From the NCBI RefSeq assembly GCF_020745735.1, contig NC_083418.1:372001-436000 (forward strand): DNA of 64,000 nt, read 5' to 3'. Positions 23,896 through 37,100 of the stretch are shown piece after piece. Within the stretch, counting starts at the first letter, position 1. Each line of letters opens with the position of its first letter. The stretch is from Hemiscyllium ocellatum (taxonomy: Eukaryota). Under the pieces are notes generated by a model. That model saw only the letters and a list, made by a program, of their open reading frames with translations, searched no databases and was not told the DNA's origin. Position numbers and translations under genes: made by a program.

Positions 23896-24276
23896 GTAGG
23901 ACAAACGCGCACGAAAACAGAGCATGTTAGCTTTCTTATTCAGTTTACAAGTTGAGGAATCACACCTCCCTTTTCCCATCCCATCATAAGCCGATTGCCT
24001 CACTTTTTTTTTCTGTCTAGTTATTTTCTTATCTGGCCATCCTGCTGTACTTGCATTTTTGCATTCTTTGTTCCTTGTTTGTTACAGCTTGTTCTTTTAT
24101 CCAGTTTCTCTTAGCATATTATAAGCTTTATTGTGAAATACCCCTGCTGCTTCTTTTTGTGGTCAACTCCAACACTTTAAAGTTATTTCCTAGCTTAAAA
24201 CTATTTTCTTTAAAAGACCCTCTATATTCATCAAGGTCTTAGCCTTATGTATACTACATTCTACATGCTACAAGAA

Positions 24277-24592
24277 TTAGATTAGATTAGATTACTTACA
24301 GTGTGGAAACAGGCCCTTCGGCCCAACAAGTCCACACCGACCCGCCGAAGCGAAACCCACCCATACCCCTACATTTATCCCTTACCTAACACTATGGGCA
24401 ATTTAGCATGGCCAATTCACCTGACCCACACATCTTTGGACTGTGGGAGGAAACCGGAGCACCCGGAGGAAACCCACGCAGACATGGGGAGAACATGCAA
24501 ACTCCACACAGTCAGTTGCCTGAGGCGGGAATTGAACCCAGGTCTCTGGCGCTGTGAAGCAGCAGTGCTAACCACTGTGCCACCGTCCCGCC
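24277..24592 (-). mobile_element. HE1 SINE, full-length, young
   Basis: Complete head GGGCGGGACGGTGGCACAGTGGTTAGCACTGC, B-box GGGTTCAATTCCC, core and (TCTAA)n tail. Confidence 0.95.
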
Positions 24593-24676
24593 CCCGTTCC
24601 ACGACCGTTTGTATCATGTCCCACCCACGCAACACCCCACCCCCAACCTGCAGAAACTACATTTCTAATCTTCCAC

Positions 24677-24690
24677 AATTCCCCCTTTTT
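24677..24690 (-). other. ERV polypurine tract and start of the 3' LTR
   Basis: Minus strand AAAAAGGGGGAAT followed by TGTGG, just downstream of env. Confidence 0.65.
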
Positions 24691-27600
24691 ATGTTTTTTT
24701 GTTAACAAAAACTGTTGTTTCTGCACTTATTAAGTCTCTTTTAATCCATTTTATTCTGTTCTGCCCTCTTACGCCTTTTGGTGATGAGGTTCACAATCTT
24801 ACATTTTACATTCGTGTTGTTCATCCATCGAGCCCTAGAAGCATTCTTTGACTTTCTCTTTGTTGCATATCACCTGTAGATTGTCAAAGCATCTGATGAT
24901 TTTTTTGGCTTCCTTTCCCAAGGGATGTCATCAGTCGGCTCATTGCCCATTTTAGGACATTGAACCCGACCACCACATCCACTCATATCAACAATCCATA
25001 GATAGACAGATTGACTAACCACCTTCCCCAATTTATGCATAGGTGCCACTTTTCTCTGCCAGAATATAATCTCGAGCCATCCTGTTCTGAAGAGTCGTTC
25101 GCCTAGTGGCAAGCATTTCGGTCGTTATGGCTGTTATTTGGGATTGGGTTTCGGCCAACGCATCAGCAGCATTGTTGGCCAACTCTTCCAGGGAAACCGC
25201 TAACTTTTGTATTTCTACTCCTGCTTGACCGGTCCCATACATAGGTATCAAAGTCCAGAGGAGGCGATCTCCTTCGGTTACTTTCCGGGTTACTCGCCTT
25301 TTTCCCTGTTTATTCCGAAGTATTTTTGGGGCTATTTTTAACAGCCTCAAGTGGAGAATTTTTTAGGCAAGGTGACAGCAGCCAGTCCAACCTTTCTGGT
25401 TTTGAGGTAGTGTCTGAACTGGATGGTCCCAGAATCCATTCCCGTTACATCCGCAACTCCAAACGTACTTCTCACCGGGAATAAATGGGTAGGCCTTTCA
25501 GCCTCCCACATAATATGTTCCATTCAATACTTGTGGAGTGGTTGTGGCAGTGGCTTGGCTGGTGTAGATACAAGATGATTTTCCTAATCAGAAGGGTGCA
25601 GCATCATTCTGATTACAGAAACAAGTGGTATTTACTGCTCCTTTGGCGGGGGGAACCCCTAACACCATTGATAGTACCCAAAGTTTTCTGGGCTTGTCGA
25701 GGGAACCATCCCACAAAGTTTGAATTACCCCGTCAGATTTCCACTTTGTATTGTTTGAGCCCGAGTCAAATGGTTGTACATCGTACACTTCTTTGGTAAG
25801 TGGTATTACCGTGAGAGGAATTCCGGATTCCCCATGGTGTGGGATTTCTGCACATACTCAACAGTCGATATGCCCCTTTAGTTTAGCATAATTCTGATGT
25901 AAAGTGGTAAAATGATTTTTCCCACTCTCCTTGGCAGCTAGTGCCAATATTATCGTGACAATATAAAGCTGACCACTCATTTCATTCACAACCCTATCTG
26001 CCTATTCCCTAACCCTTTGTATGCCAGGGAGAAGTGAGTTCATGCAACAATTGTTTTGGGATACAGTTTTTTTAACCAATGCTTAGTAGTCACTTATCTC
26101 AGTCCATTCCTTTTGCTCAGCTTGACTTTCAGAGATTTGTCTGTACGATGAGCTTGCCACTCTGCTGAAGAGGAAGGAGCATCCACGGGGCCCTTAACAC
26201 GAGTGTGATGACCCCACACTTTTTCAGCAGTTCGGACAGCTGTTTCAGTAGTCAGGCGGGTGAGGAACAGTCCTACCCAGCTTGTTATTTGGGAGTTTGG
26301 TATCTTTCCAGGTTTTGATCAGGACCCAGTCACCCGGATGCATTCGATGTACGGCGGACTCAAGTGGAGCTGCCTGGAAAATAGACCCTTCTTCCTAAGG
26401 ACAGACAAAGAAGTGCTGAGCGTCGCAATATAGTTCTTGAAAAACTTATCATTGAACTGCACAGTTGGTAATTCCACTCTTCCACCCAAGAAAGTTAATC
26501 CAAACATAATCTCATGAGGAGAGAGGCCTATATCACGCCTAGGTGCAGTCCTAATGCGTAGCAACGCGATAGATAAACATTTTGTCCATGGTAATCGAGT
26601 CTCTTGGACGAGCTAAGACAATTGTTTCTTTAAGGTTTGATTCATTCGTTCCACACGTCCAGGGGAAGGCTTGTGCCAAGTAGTGTGGAATTCCCAAGAG
26701 ATTTCTAATCCCGCCATTACTTCTTGTAGGATCTTAGAGGTAAAATGGCTACCTTGGTCTGAATCTGTACTTTCCCCCATTCCATATTGAGGAATTATAT
26801 ATTTTAAAAGAGTTTTCACTACTCCCTTCGAGATAGCCGAGGACATTGGAAACGCCTCCACCCATCCATTTAGGTGATGCATTAGAACAAATAAGTACTT
26901 TTATTTTCCCTACTGGGCGTAATTCTGTGTCATCCACCTGTATTCTTTGTAAAGGTCTTACCCCAGGGTTTCTTCCACGTCTTGCCCGCCTCCCCCCACC
27001 TCGTTACTTTCTTATTCATCTTTATGCAAGTCGGGCATCCTGCGCATACCTGCTTGGCTGATGTGAATATCCCTATATACCTGGACTTCCTTAACACTAT
27101 GTCACACATAGCTTGGGAGCCCCCATTACTGCCTTGGTGCAAGGTGGTTAGGATGTTTCTCATGACTGGTTTTCTAAACAACTCCCTTCCATCCGGGAGG
27201 ATCCATCTTCCTTGGGTTGTCTCAGACATTGTTACAGTTACTGCACTAACCTCCACTCCAACTTTTAAGCCCAAAAATATAATCAAATCCCTACCTAATA
27301 GATTACTTGCTATGTCAGGAGTATCTAGTAATTGTCTTACCCCTTCCTCATCATTTCTTCTAATTAGGATTGGTGCAAAAATAGACTCCAAGAATTCTTC
27401 GCCTTTTACTCCAGGAACCTTAAGATACTCCTTAGTCAATTAAACGCCCGTAGGTCTAAAAGTTAGTGATGACCGCTTCCATGTCAACCAAAAATACTGC
27501 CACCTCCCCTTCAGGTCCCACCTTTAAATTTATCAAGGTTTGCCAGTGGGTCTCAGGAGCAAGGAGCCACTGGCTCCTCTTATCTTCGTCTATGGTCATT

Positions 27601-27845
27601 AGGGAAACGGCTTCCATTTCTGGTGCTAACTCCGGGTATTCCCGTTTAAAATGCCCCACTTACCCGCAATGGTAGCACCCTGCCTGTTGCCTCCTTCCCC
27701 GGATGCCCGACCTTTGTCTTTCGTGTCCTCCATTATACTTCTTGTTATCCCTTGATCCCAGTCTCCTTCTTTGTTATTTCTTTTACCACCATTTTGGCTT
27801 TCTGTTTCTGCTTCTCATCTCCCCTTTTCAATACACTTTCGCGTT
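24691..27845 (-). mobile_element. defective epsilon/gamma-like (class I) endogenous retrovirus: gag end, protease, integrase, env; RT-RNase H absent
   Basis: Gag knuckle GCYHCG*VGHFKRE; PR FLVDMEA and NLLGRDL; IN HHCC, GWVEAFP, DSDQGSHFTSK, GRVERMNQTLK, LRIRTAPR..LSPHEIMFG; env ISD LQNRMARDYILAEKSG. Confidence 0.92.
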
Positions 27846-28099
27846 TCCCGGCGCCGAGAGACAACAGTGTTACGCACAGCGTTGCCTGAAAAGGCAACCA
27901 CTTTTCTCGATGGGTAACTGATCTCCGATTAGCGCGATGACAGACAGACTTACTACCCAGAGCGACTGTGAAAAAGGAAGCCTCCTCAGCCTCTATGTCT
28001 GGACTGTTCAGTAACACATATTTCACTATCCTAATCCCTTCAAAACCACTGACCCCATAACTATGTGATGGCTTCAGAAATTCACATCTGAAGAGTTCT

Positions 28100-28490
28100 T
28101 CAAGTGATGAGGGTTTCTGACCGAACTGCGAGTTCAAGATTCCAAACATGCGATGGCTGAAAAGGTGGTTTTTTTCCCCCAAACTCATACTCAAATCTTT
28201 CTGCCTCTTAAATCGTTGCATCCCTGGGAATTGACCACTTCATCAAGGGGGAAATGTTACTTTAACTTTACCCTTTCCTTATCCCTCGTTACTTTATACA
28301 TTTCAATCTTTTCTCCTTTCAATTCCTTCTGCTCTCAGAAAAAAACCCCGAACTCTCTTTATATCTGAAACCTCACAGCCCAGACAATATCCTAATAAAT
28401 CTCTTCTAATCCATTTCCAGTGCTATCTCATCTCCTTTCTAAAGTGAATTGCAGACTGCCCATAATAGTCCAGCTGGAGCCGAACGAACA
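28100..28490 (-). mobile_element. old CR1 3' fragment
   Basis: Reverse CR1 3' remnants (CAATATCCTAATAAATCTCTTCT..CCAGTGC..TCTCCTTTCT). Confidence 0.55.
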
Positions 28491-28569
28491 AATCAAATGA
28501 ATGGTCAGAAAATCGCATATACTTTTCCAGCAAACTCTCTTTTCCTCAATAATATCTCGTGTCCTTTTC

Positions 28570-28770
28570 ATAGAACCATGGAACTTGTACAGTGTGGAAA
28601 CAGGCCGTTCAGTTCAACAGGTCCACAATGACCCTCCGAAGAGTAACTCAACTAGACCTGTCCTTTTATTGGATATTTACCACTCACTCATGCGCCCAAC
28701 TTACACATGCCTGAACACGATGCGAAATTTAGCATGTCCAATTCACCGAAATCTTCTCATCTCCAGATAC
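28570..28770 (-). mobile_element. HE1 SINE 3' fragment
   Basis: TACAGTGTGGAAACAGGCC..GTCCACA..AATTTAGCATGTCCAATTCACC. Confidence 0.75.
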
Positions 28771-29576
28771 TCGTGCTCCAAGAATCTGTGGTTCATGCCA
28801 GTTAAAGTTGCGACATGAGGTTTGATCGAGCAATCACATCATCAAATTGGTTCAATTGGTTTTAAGTTGCCAAAGCTGATATTAGAGCATGTGCATCCAG
28901 CAATAATGACTGCAGCTCCACAAATTGAATGGAGCCAATGTGAAATTAATTGTAAGATTGCGCAGTGCCTGATGGAACTTGGAGGATATTGAGAGGAGGG
29001 TCAGTTAGTGTGGGAGAAAGACAAAAATATCCAACAGTGGGTGGTTTCGATTCCTTATATATAACAGGCTGAGATGTGCGCGAGCAGGTTCTGAAGAAAG
29101 AAAATCATCACGTTGGAGAAAATTTTCATGTGCAAACAATTGATCCCATGCTGTGATGATTTAGTACATGTCACATAGAGTAAAAGGGAGAATATATTAC
29201 GTCACATGACTCGAATTCTAAACGTACTGCTGCAGCCATAAAGCAAGGTATTGACCACGGAATACTAATGCAGCATTTCAAAAACCAATGCACTTAAAAA
29301 ATACTTACAGTGGCAGAAGATATGTCAGAAACAGCGACACAAACACAAGAAGACCACTTAGCGAAGTCTCGACTGAGATGTTGGAACTCAGAATGGGCTG
29401 AAACTTCAACTTCAACTTTTCCAGAGGCTGTGAAGTTTCTATCATTGGATATGATGACGACTGAGATGAACTTTTTTTCACAGAATATCAAATGCTGTGA
29501 AGATAGCCTGAGATAATGTTTAAATGCATGTTTTAATAGTCATGCAGTTTGCCATGATTTACTTCAGCAGTTTGTG

Positions 29577-29801
29577 GTCGGCACGGTGGCGCAGTGGTTA
29601 GCACTGCTGTCTCATAGCGCCTGAGACCCGGGTTCCTCCCACAGTCCAAAGCTGTGCGGGTCAGGTGAATTGGCCATGCTAATTGCCCATAGTGTTAGGT
29701 AAGGGGTAAATATAGGGGTATGGGTGGGTTGCGCTTCGGCGGGTCAGTGTGGACTTGTTGGGCCGAAGGGCCTGTTTCCACACTGTAAGTAATCTAATCT
29801 T
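29577..29801 (+). mobile_element. HE1 SINE with internal deletion
   Basis: Head to ACCCGGGTT joined directly to CCTCCCACAGTCC (microhomology GGTT); tail intact. Confidence 0.9.
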
Positions 29802-32800
29802 ACCTCACATATGGAAGTAACCACTGCTGACAACGATCACATATATTTAATAACCATTCAGAGAAACTGAGTGGTACGGCTGCGAAACTCCCAAATTAAT
29901 GAGAATACTCAACATTTTTTATTCAGCTCAACTCTACATCGAGATATCGAGGAAAAGCACGATAGTAGACTTAGATTTTTTCAGATTAGCGGTAATCCCA
30001 TTAAATGGCTGCGCAGACATGGGTGAATGAAAGCTTTATGAGAACAAGTGCACTTTCTTTGCGAAATTATCTGCTTCACAATGTGAGGACTATTGCAGTG
30101 AAGTGGTGAAGTTGATTATATTTACTAGTTGTTGACCCTGAGACGGTTACCATTGTATCTCCTGTCCCTGATATCATCACAGACCTGCAGCAAGCGCACT
30201 TGAAACAGTGGCTTCATGATTTGCTTGTTTGCAAATCTTGGAGTTGGTCATTCGACACGTCAATGTCTCAACAATACTGCTGCATTTTATTACACTTGCA
30301 AACTCATTGTCCCAAAGTCGAGATGTGTTTTGAGTTCCTTATCTGCAGGAAGATGTATCTTTCCTCAACAACAATGCACCACTTTCTTATGTACAAGAAT
30401 GTTTGAAATGCTGGGATGTCTGAATTATTGATATGAAGCTATGCCCAACTTCAATCTATGTTCCACTTATAAGTATTGTCGGCTACCAAGGCTTACTGTT
30501 GGCAATGTTTCAATCGATTATAACGCAATTCGCTTTTAAACAGGGGCTCGGTGTGGTAATAGAGAGTACTAAAATGATTAACATAATTCCACCGAATCGT
30601 TCAAAAGAATTGACGTCTTCATTAGAAGCATCTTGCAAAGTGAATTGTTTATCTTCTTGAACTTGATTTTCCTCCATTTCTCTCTAAACTGTGCAGTTTC
30701 TGAGGACGTTGTAGCCAGAACATTTGAAATAAATTCATTATGTTTGGAATTAATTGTGGAAATTCTTAATATACCGATTAATGTCTACGATCGAGGAATG
30801 TAACCGAGAACATCAGAGTCAACCTAAAGGCGCTGTCAAAAGAGGGAAAGATAGAATAGTCTCACACGCTGCTCTTGTGCCCATTATCAATTTCAAACCC
30901 ACCCAATCTCTGCAATCTCTGGGAGCAAAAAGGAAACAATTAAACAGAGCCCCGTTTAACACCTGTGAATCTTTAGAAACTCTGTGGGAGGGGAATGAAA
31001 GGTGACCTGACCGACTGTGCAGAGACTGTCAATGTACATTCCCCTTCTGGAAGGAGCAGGGGCACTCGGATGTTCTCGAGGCATGAACTGATCTGAGACA
31101 GTGAAAGGATCCCCATCAGTGCTGCTCCACTCTCGCTGTTGTCACTGTCAGGAACAATAAAACCTTATTCCCTGACCAGACACCCAACTCTGGCCACGGT
31201 GAAGAAAACAACGACTCTTAGCCATTATACCACCAGTGCTGCCTCATGAGTTGTTGGACAGCCTCTTAATGTCAAAGCATATCGTTTGTTATTTATCAGA
31301 ACATACGTTTGAGCAACTTATCGACTATTCACAGAACGGAAAGAGGCCCATCATCCAAGTTTTCAGCACTTGGCCTGTCCCCTTGTTTTCTCAGATTTTT
31401 CAAGCACTCGTCAAATGCTATTATTCAGTCACGTTTTGCAATGAATGGACAATCTGTGTTAGGTTAGGATGGACAACCTGTGTTCATACCCTCTGGGTGA
31501 GCTGAACCCCATTTCCAACACAGAAGGAAACACACAGACACGTTCTGGTGGAGTGACTGAGGTCTCAGGAGAGATCAACCAGAAGGAAGGATTTCATCCA
31601 ATTTGCTTATTTTGTCTCATTTCAGATTTCAACACCAGAGTCTGCTTACAGCAAAGGAAGGAAACATTCAGCCATTCTTGTGTCCGTGTTCCTCCCTTAT
31701 CTAAGCATTGAGCGACAGAGGCAGTGTGCTCTGAGGGAAGGATTCTCACTTATTAGAAACAGCAACATAATAGATGATTGGATAGCCTGTGCATTGGAAA
31801 CCAGTCGTTACAAAACCAAGACAGAACTGAAGGCATCATTTGCAGAAGGATGAGAGAATATAATGCCGAATCAGACAGTGTCCAGGGTGAAAGAAACAGA
31901 GACTGTCCCTGGAAGTCTCGTCATTTGGTTTCCGTGCTCTCACAGCCATGGCCTGCAAATAATGAGCATTCATGGTTACCATTACGAAATGCTGCCTTCG
32001 CCTTAAAGTAAAATTATGACCTGAACATACGCACATGAATTGTGAAATTGATAAAAAATTATCCGAGTTTTTAATTCCATATTTGGGCAGAAAGAGTAAC
32101 ATGCAAACTCTTAGATTATCATTAAAATCCAATATTAAAGGCAGTTTGTGTTTTCACAAAACTACTAAATCAGAGCAAGAGCTGGGAGTACATGACTGAA
32201 GGAGGCGACTGCGCCTGCTTTCGACCCACAACTTTTCATCCCTTTCGTCCCAAGAGCAAGTGCAGAAGCAAAATACTGGTAATCTGACATATATATGAAT
32301 ACAAAACGGAAAACGTTGGAAATATTCAACTTGTCTGGCATCTTCTGAATGTGTGGTCGAGGTCAACGCCATGACAACCTGATTGTCTTTACTTTGTATT
32401 CATGATAACTAATGCCCAAGTCGCAACTCATTCAGACACGTTTCATCACCTTTAAACGGGATGCACGCTTTTAGTTTGCCATGAGAAACGTTTTGTCAAT
32501 TAATTCGGTACTGAAAGGACAACCGTTTAAAGCTGTATGAAACATGTTACAAATTTTCAAACCAGACAAAATGAGGTACCATGTGAAGAAATATGTGTTT
32601 CAGTCAGGAAAGCTAAAATAGAATTTTTCAGAGAAGATTGTGTTGAACTGTCGCCGATGTTTTGACAGAGATAAGTAGAAATCTCGATGATGATAATCCA
32701 AAATGATCAGATAAATGTAGATTGCGGGGGGAAATGGCAAAAGTTCTGTGAGCCCACTGTCTGTGAAAAATGGAAATGAAGGAATATAAGGGAAAGTAGA

Positions 32801-32829
32801 AATATTGATCATAAATTGTCTGCGTGATA

Positions 32830-32965
32830 GGTTACTGATGAAGGCTGCCTGCCTGAAATTCAATTTTCATGCTCCTCGGATGCTGCGTGACCTACTGCGC
32901 GTTTTGAGAACCACTCCGAAGCTGAATATGATGTCCAGCATCGGAAGTACTCACTTTCGCCTGCA
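32830..32965 (+). mobile_element. Penelope-like terminus with partial hammerhead core
   Basis: CTGATGA-AGGC-TGCCT-GCCT-GAAA, then TGCTCCTCGGATGCTGCGTGACC; stem III/cleavage site degenerate. Confidence 0.7.
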
Positions 32966-33089
32966 GGAAAGGGAGCATAGTCATCATTAACAATTGTCTT
33001 TTGAACTGCAAGAATCTTTCAAGCGAAGTTTGATTGAACGTTGAGGTGTGGATATTCTGGATAGCTTAATTTAGCCCAACAGCATTCTC

Positions 33090-33340
33090 TGAATTATCAG
33101 GGCTCCCAGCGCGCCCAAGAGTTTCTTTGATTGGTTGGAGGCCCTCCAGCTTGGACCTGTAGGGCCGCCTCTTCTTCGCAGTTGGCCATTATACGTCATC
33201 AGTTGGTATGGGTCCTGCAGCATGCAAAGGGTGAACATAAACTGTGAGCATGCTCTCAGCGAGTGATCATTGGAACGAAATTTTATTGTCTCCAATCGAC
33301 AGTCGGCGAGAGAAGGCGAAGGGGGAGGGAAGCGCTAAGT
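33090..33340. promoter_or_regulatory. CpG-enriched promoter-like segment
   Basis: GATTGG and CCAATC (CCAAT boxes in opposite orientation), TACGTCA (CRE-like), locally GC/CpG rich. Confidence 0.3.
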
Positions 33341-34149
33341 GCTTTAGCCCAGTTAGAGGTTTAATGTTTGGTCATTGTATGATTCTGCACCCAAACATAG
33401 AATATCTGGGGCCGAGATTGAAGTCACAGAGAGCCTGAGCTTCTTCCCAGAAACATACCCCAGTCAGTGGCCGCTATTCCTGCCTCAGTTTATTTTGTTT
33501 TTGTATGATTTTTTTGGAATTTATCGGGTCACTGTTCGTTTATTTATCTTTAGAGTGAACAGAGCTGAAAATTAATGATATTCTTTTCAATCATTGCTGT
33601 GGTCCATGATTATTTGGTGTTTTTGTGAGACGCTTGACTGTGCATTCGTGACTGAGATTGATGGGAAAGTGAACCCCATGAATATCACTTCCCCTTAGCT
33701 TGCTGCAAATGTGACGGAGACGGCAAGTATGGAGGGGGGAGTAGAGGGACAGGACTCCTTAGCAAGCTATCGGGTCACGGGGTATGTGGAATTTGCGGTC
33801 ATTCGTTGCCAATCCCAACACCAAAAAAAGACCCAATGTTTTACTCACTGTTCCTTTCCCCACAGTATCCTAACACTCCCTCCACCCAGTATCAGCAACG
33901 TTTCAAAGACGTTTACTTATTTCATACATAATATTTCGCTTTTGTCAGAGCATTCAGTGATTTGTGAACTGGATTGAAATTGAGAGACTGTGCAGCCAGT
34001 TGAAGAACATCAAAAATCATTTTGCACTTCCTCGAACTGCTGAAGTTCTGTGCTATAATTGCTCACCGATTGCTGTTTGGTAAGGATTTACAGGATTTTT
34101 TTGTAATCTAGATAATGTGTTCCTGATATCTGTGTCAGTTGAAGACAAT

Positions 34150-37100
34150 TGGTTTTTATATCCCACGTTTAACAGAATGGAAATTTGAAAAATCAGAACA
34201 GGACTGGCTTGATGTCTTGTTTGATCCTTCTCCATAATTCAATATAATCTTGGCTAGTCATTTCGCACAGTAACCTGCTTCCTCTCCAGACCTGTACCTT
34301 TTGATCCCTCTTACCCTCAAACTTATAGACATTTTCGTCTTGTAAGCATTCCATGTTCTGGATTTAATTACTTTCTGTGGCAGCAAATTCCAGTGAGAAA
34401 CCAGTGTTTGATTAAAAAATAAAATCCTCATCTCAGTCTTAAATGCACTAACCCAAATTCTTAGAAGAGACGCCACTTTTCCACCCCCGATGTTATGGAC
34501 GCCCTGGTCATTGACAGTATCCTTCCTGCATTTACCTTATTCGTACCTTTTAGAATTTATTCGTTTCTGTGACAAACTACTGCATCTTTCTGAACTTGAG
34601 ACATTTTCATCCTCACGAATCCATTCTTTCCTCATACGTCAGTCCTGCCATCCCATGAATCAGTCTGGTAAACCTTTGTTGTGGAGTCTCGGTATGGCGA
34701 ACATCTTTGTCATGACAGGATTCCAAAACTGCGCACAACACACTAGGTTGTGGTCTCAACAAGACCCCGCACAATTTCAGAAAGTCATCCCTGCTCCTGT
34801 GTTCAAATCCTCTCAGGGCAAAGGCTAAGACACCGGTTGTCTTCCTCACCTGCGGCTGCGCTGGCATGCTGATGTTCAGCGATTTGTGTACAAGAAGACG
34901 AGATCTCTTTTCATACTTTAGTTTCGTAAATTTATGCTGGCTCTGTCCAATCCAGTTACTGTTTTCCAGTGTTAGGTTAACATGCCATTCCATGTTTTCT
35001 CACTACTCCCTTTTATAAATAGTCGGGTCACATTAACTGATCTCCTATCCATAGATAATGTTTCAGAGTAGATAGAATATTGAAATACGACAATTAATTT
35101 GCTCTAAGTACACTCCACACTGTAGTTACAAAACGCATTCACTGCATTAAGGGTGACTTTAAGTACACGGTTATTTGATTCGCAGTTGGTGGAATTTATT
35201 GTCTTTTAATCATTTCATTTTCCACAACAACATCTTCCTGATAACATTGATTTCCTTCAGTTCCTCCCTTTCTTTTTCTTCCCAGCCCTTTATGAATATT
35301 ACTTGTATCATCATTTGTGATGACAGAACCAATACACATGTTTGTTTGTGATGCCCATATATTTATCCCACATTATAACATCCTCTATTTCTCATTGTAA
35401 GGGATTGGTTTTCAACAGTCGTTTTTTTTCCCCCATTCACACACTTTCATGGGCTTTAACAATTCATTATATCTTTCTCTGAAGCTTACATTTAAATGGA
35501 ATTTTTCGCTCTACGTTAATTCTTTCGTCTTCTTGTGCTGAAACCGGAACTGCCCTCAGTCTTAATGTCTTCTGCTATTTTCAGCCACTTTGTAAGCCTC
35601 TTCCTTAGTGCAGTTCTATGCCTTAATATCCCTTGTAGGTCATGACATGGCCACCTTTCCCGTTTTCGTTTTGTCAGACAGGTGTGAGAAGCAGTTACAG
35701 TTCCTGCAAATGCTTTTCAACTGCTTGCCATCCCTTTAATATCTGTTCCCTAAATTGTTGCACCCTGCCCTCGCATCTTAACAGTGTCACTTCTTCGATG
35801 TAGACTTCGGCTCATAATCGAGACAGCTGTATCACTCTCCACCTTAATGAAGAGTTTCTCACCGTGTTCTTCACTCTTCCATTACGTAATGCATACAGAT
35901 AGATTGAAAATTACTCCTTGTCATTTATACAAATAAAACTTTGAAATCAAAGTTGCCATATTCCCAAGCCTGCTCTCTAATTACAGAGACAGAAAGATCA
36001 CGCAAGTTGACTGATGGTGCTTTAACTCGAGAGTCACTGTGCCTCAGGCAAGGCGCAAAATTGAGAATGCAGGAACTTCATGGAGCCGATACAAGAAAAT
36101 TACACACGCTGTTGCTGTCATTCTTCATCACAATATAGTCGCCCAGCCAAATAAACTAGCCCACCAATTGCCATTAAACATTACTTAAAGGAGCATGCTC
36201 GGTCCCCAATTTGTGTCCTTAATGTCTCGACGCAGAAAACCATCTCATACATACACCAAGTATGTCTCGTTCATAGTATTGTTACGGATCTGATTTGCTC
36301 TCTCTATGGGCATATTGACGTCACATGCAATAACTACAAAGCCACAAGATAAACGAGCAGAATTCGGCCATTCAGCCAATTGGGATCTCTCCGATATATG
36401 TCTTGGTTGATTTGTTTCTTAACTTCATTCTTCTGCTTTCTGCCATCTCCTGTAACGTTTGGCCCCCTCATCAATCAGCGACATATCAGTGTCTTCTTGA
36501 ATATTCTCAATAAAATTTAGCGCCACAGCCCTCTACGGCAAGGAGCTCCAAAGAATCACTAGCCTCTGGCTGAAGCATCTCACTTCAAGATGTTCATCAT
36601 TTCTCTCTGAGGCTGGACCTCGGATCCTAGTCTCTTCTACCTGTTGAAAAACCTCTCCACAGCCACTTCAATTACGCCTGTCGTTATTGCATAAGTTTCA
36701 ATCAAAGTTCTAAACTCCGTCAAATACAGACCCCGAGTCTTCAACTGCTTCATTTTATGGCAAGCCTATTTCCTCGCACGTCATTCTTATGAACCTTCTT
36801 TGGATACACTCCAATGCCCGCACATTCCTTGGAATATTGTGTACAGTTCTGTTTTCCTTGTTATGAGAAGGATTTTGTTAAATTGGAGAGGGTTCTGAAT
36901 GTATTTACCAGAATGATGTCATGAATGAAGATCTTCTGGTATAAAAGTAAGATTTGTCAAATCAGAAGGAGCATAAATAAGATTAATGTCAAATGTGAGG
37001 GAGATCGTATCTAGAGGTACATTTTTGACGTATAAGAAGATTTTTAAAGGACATGAGGGGCAACTTTGTTTTAGCACTTCTAGAGGAAGTGATGGATGCA

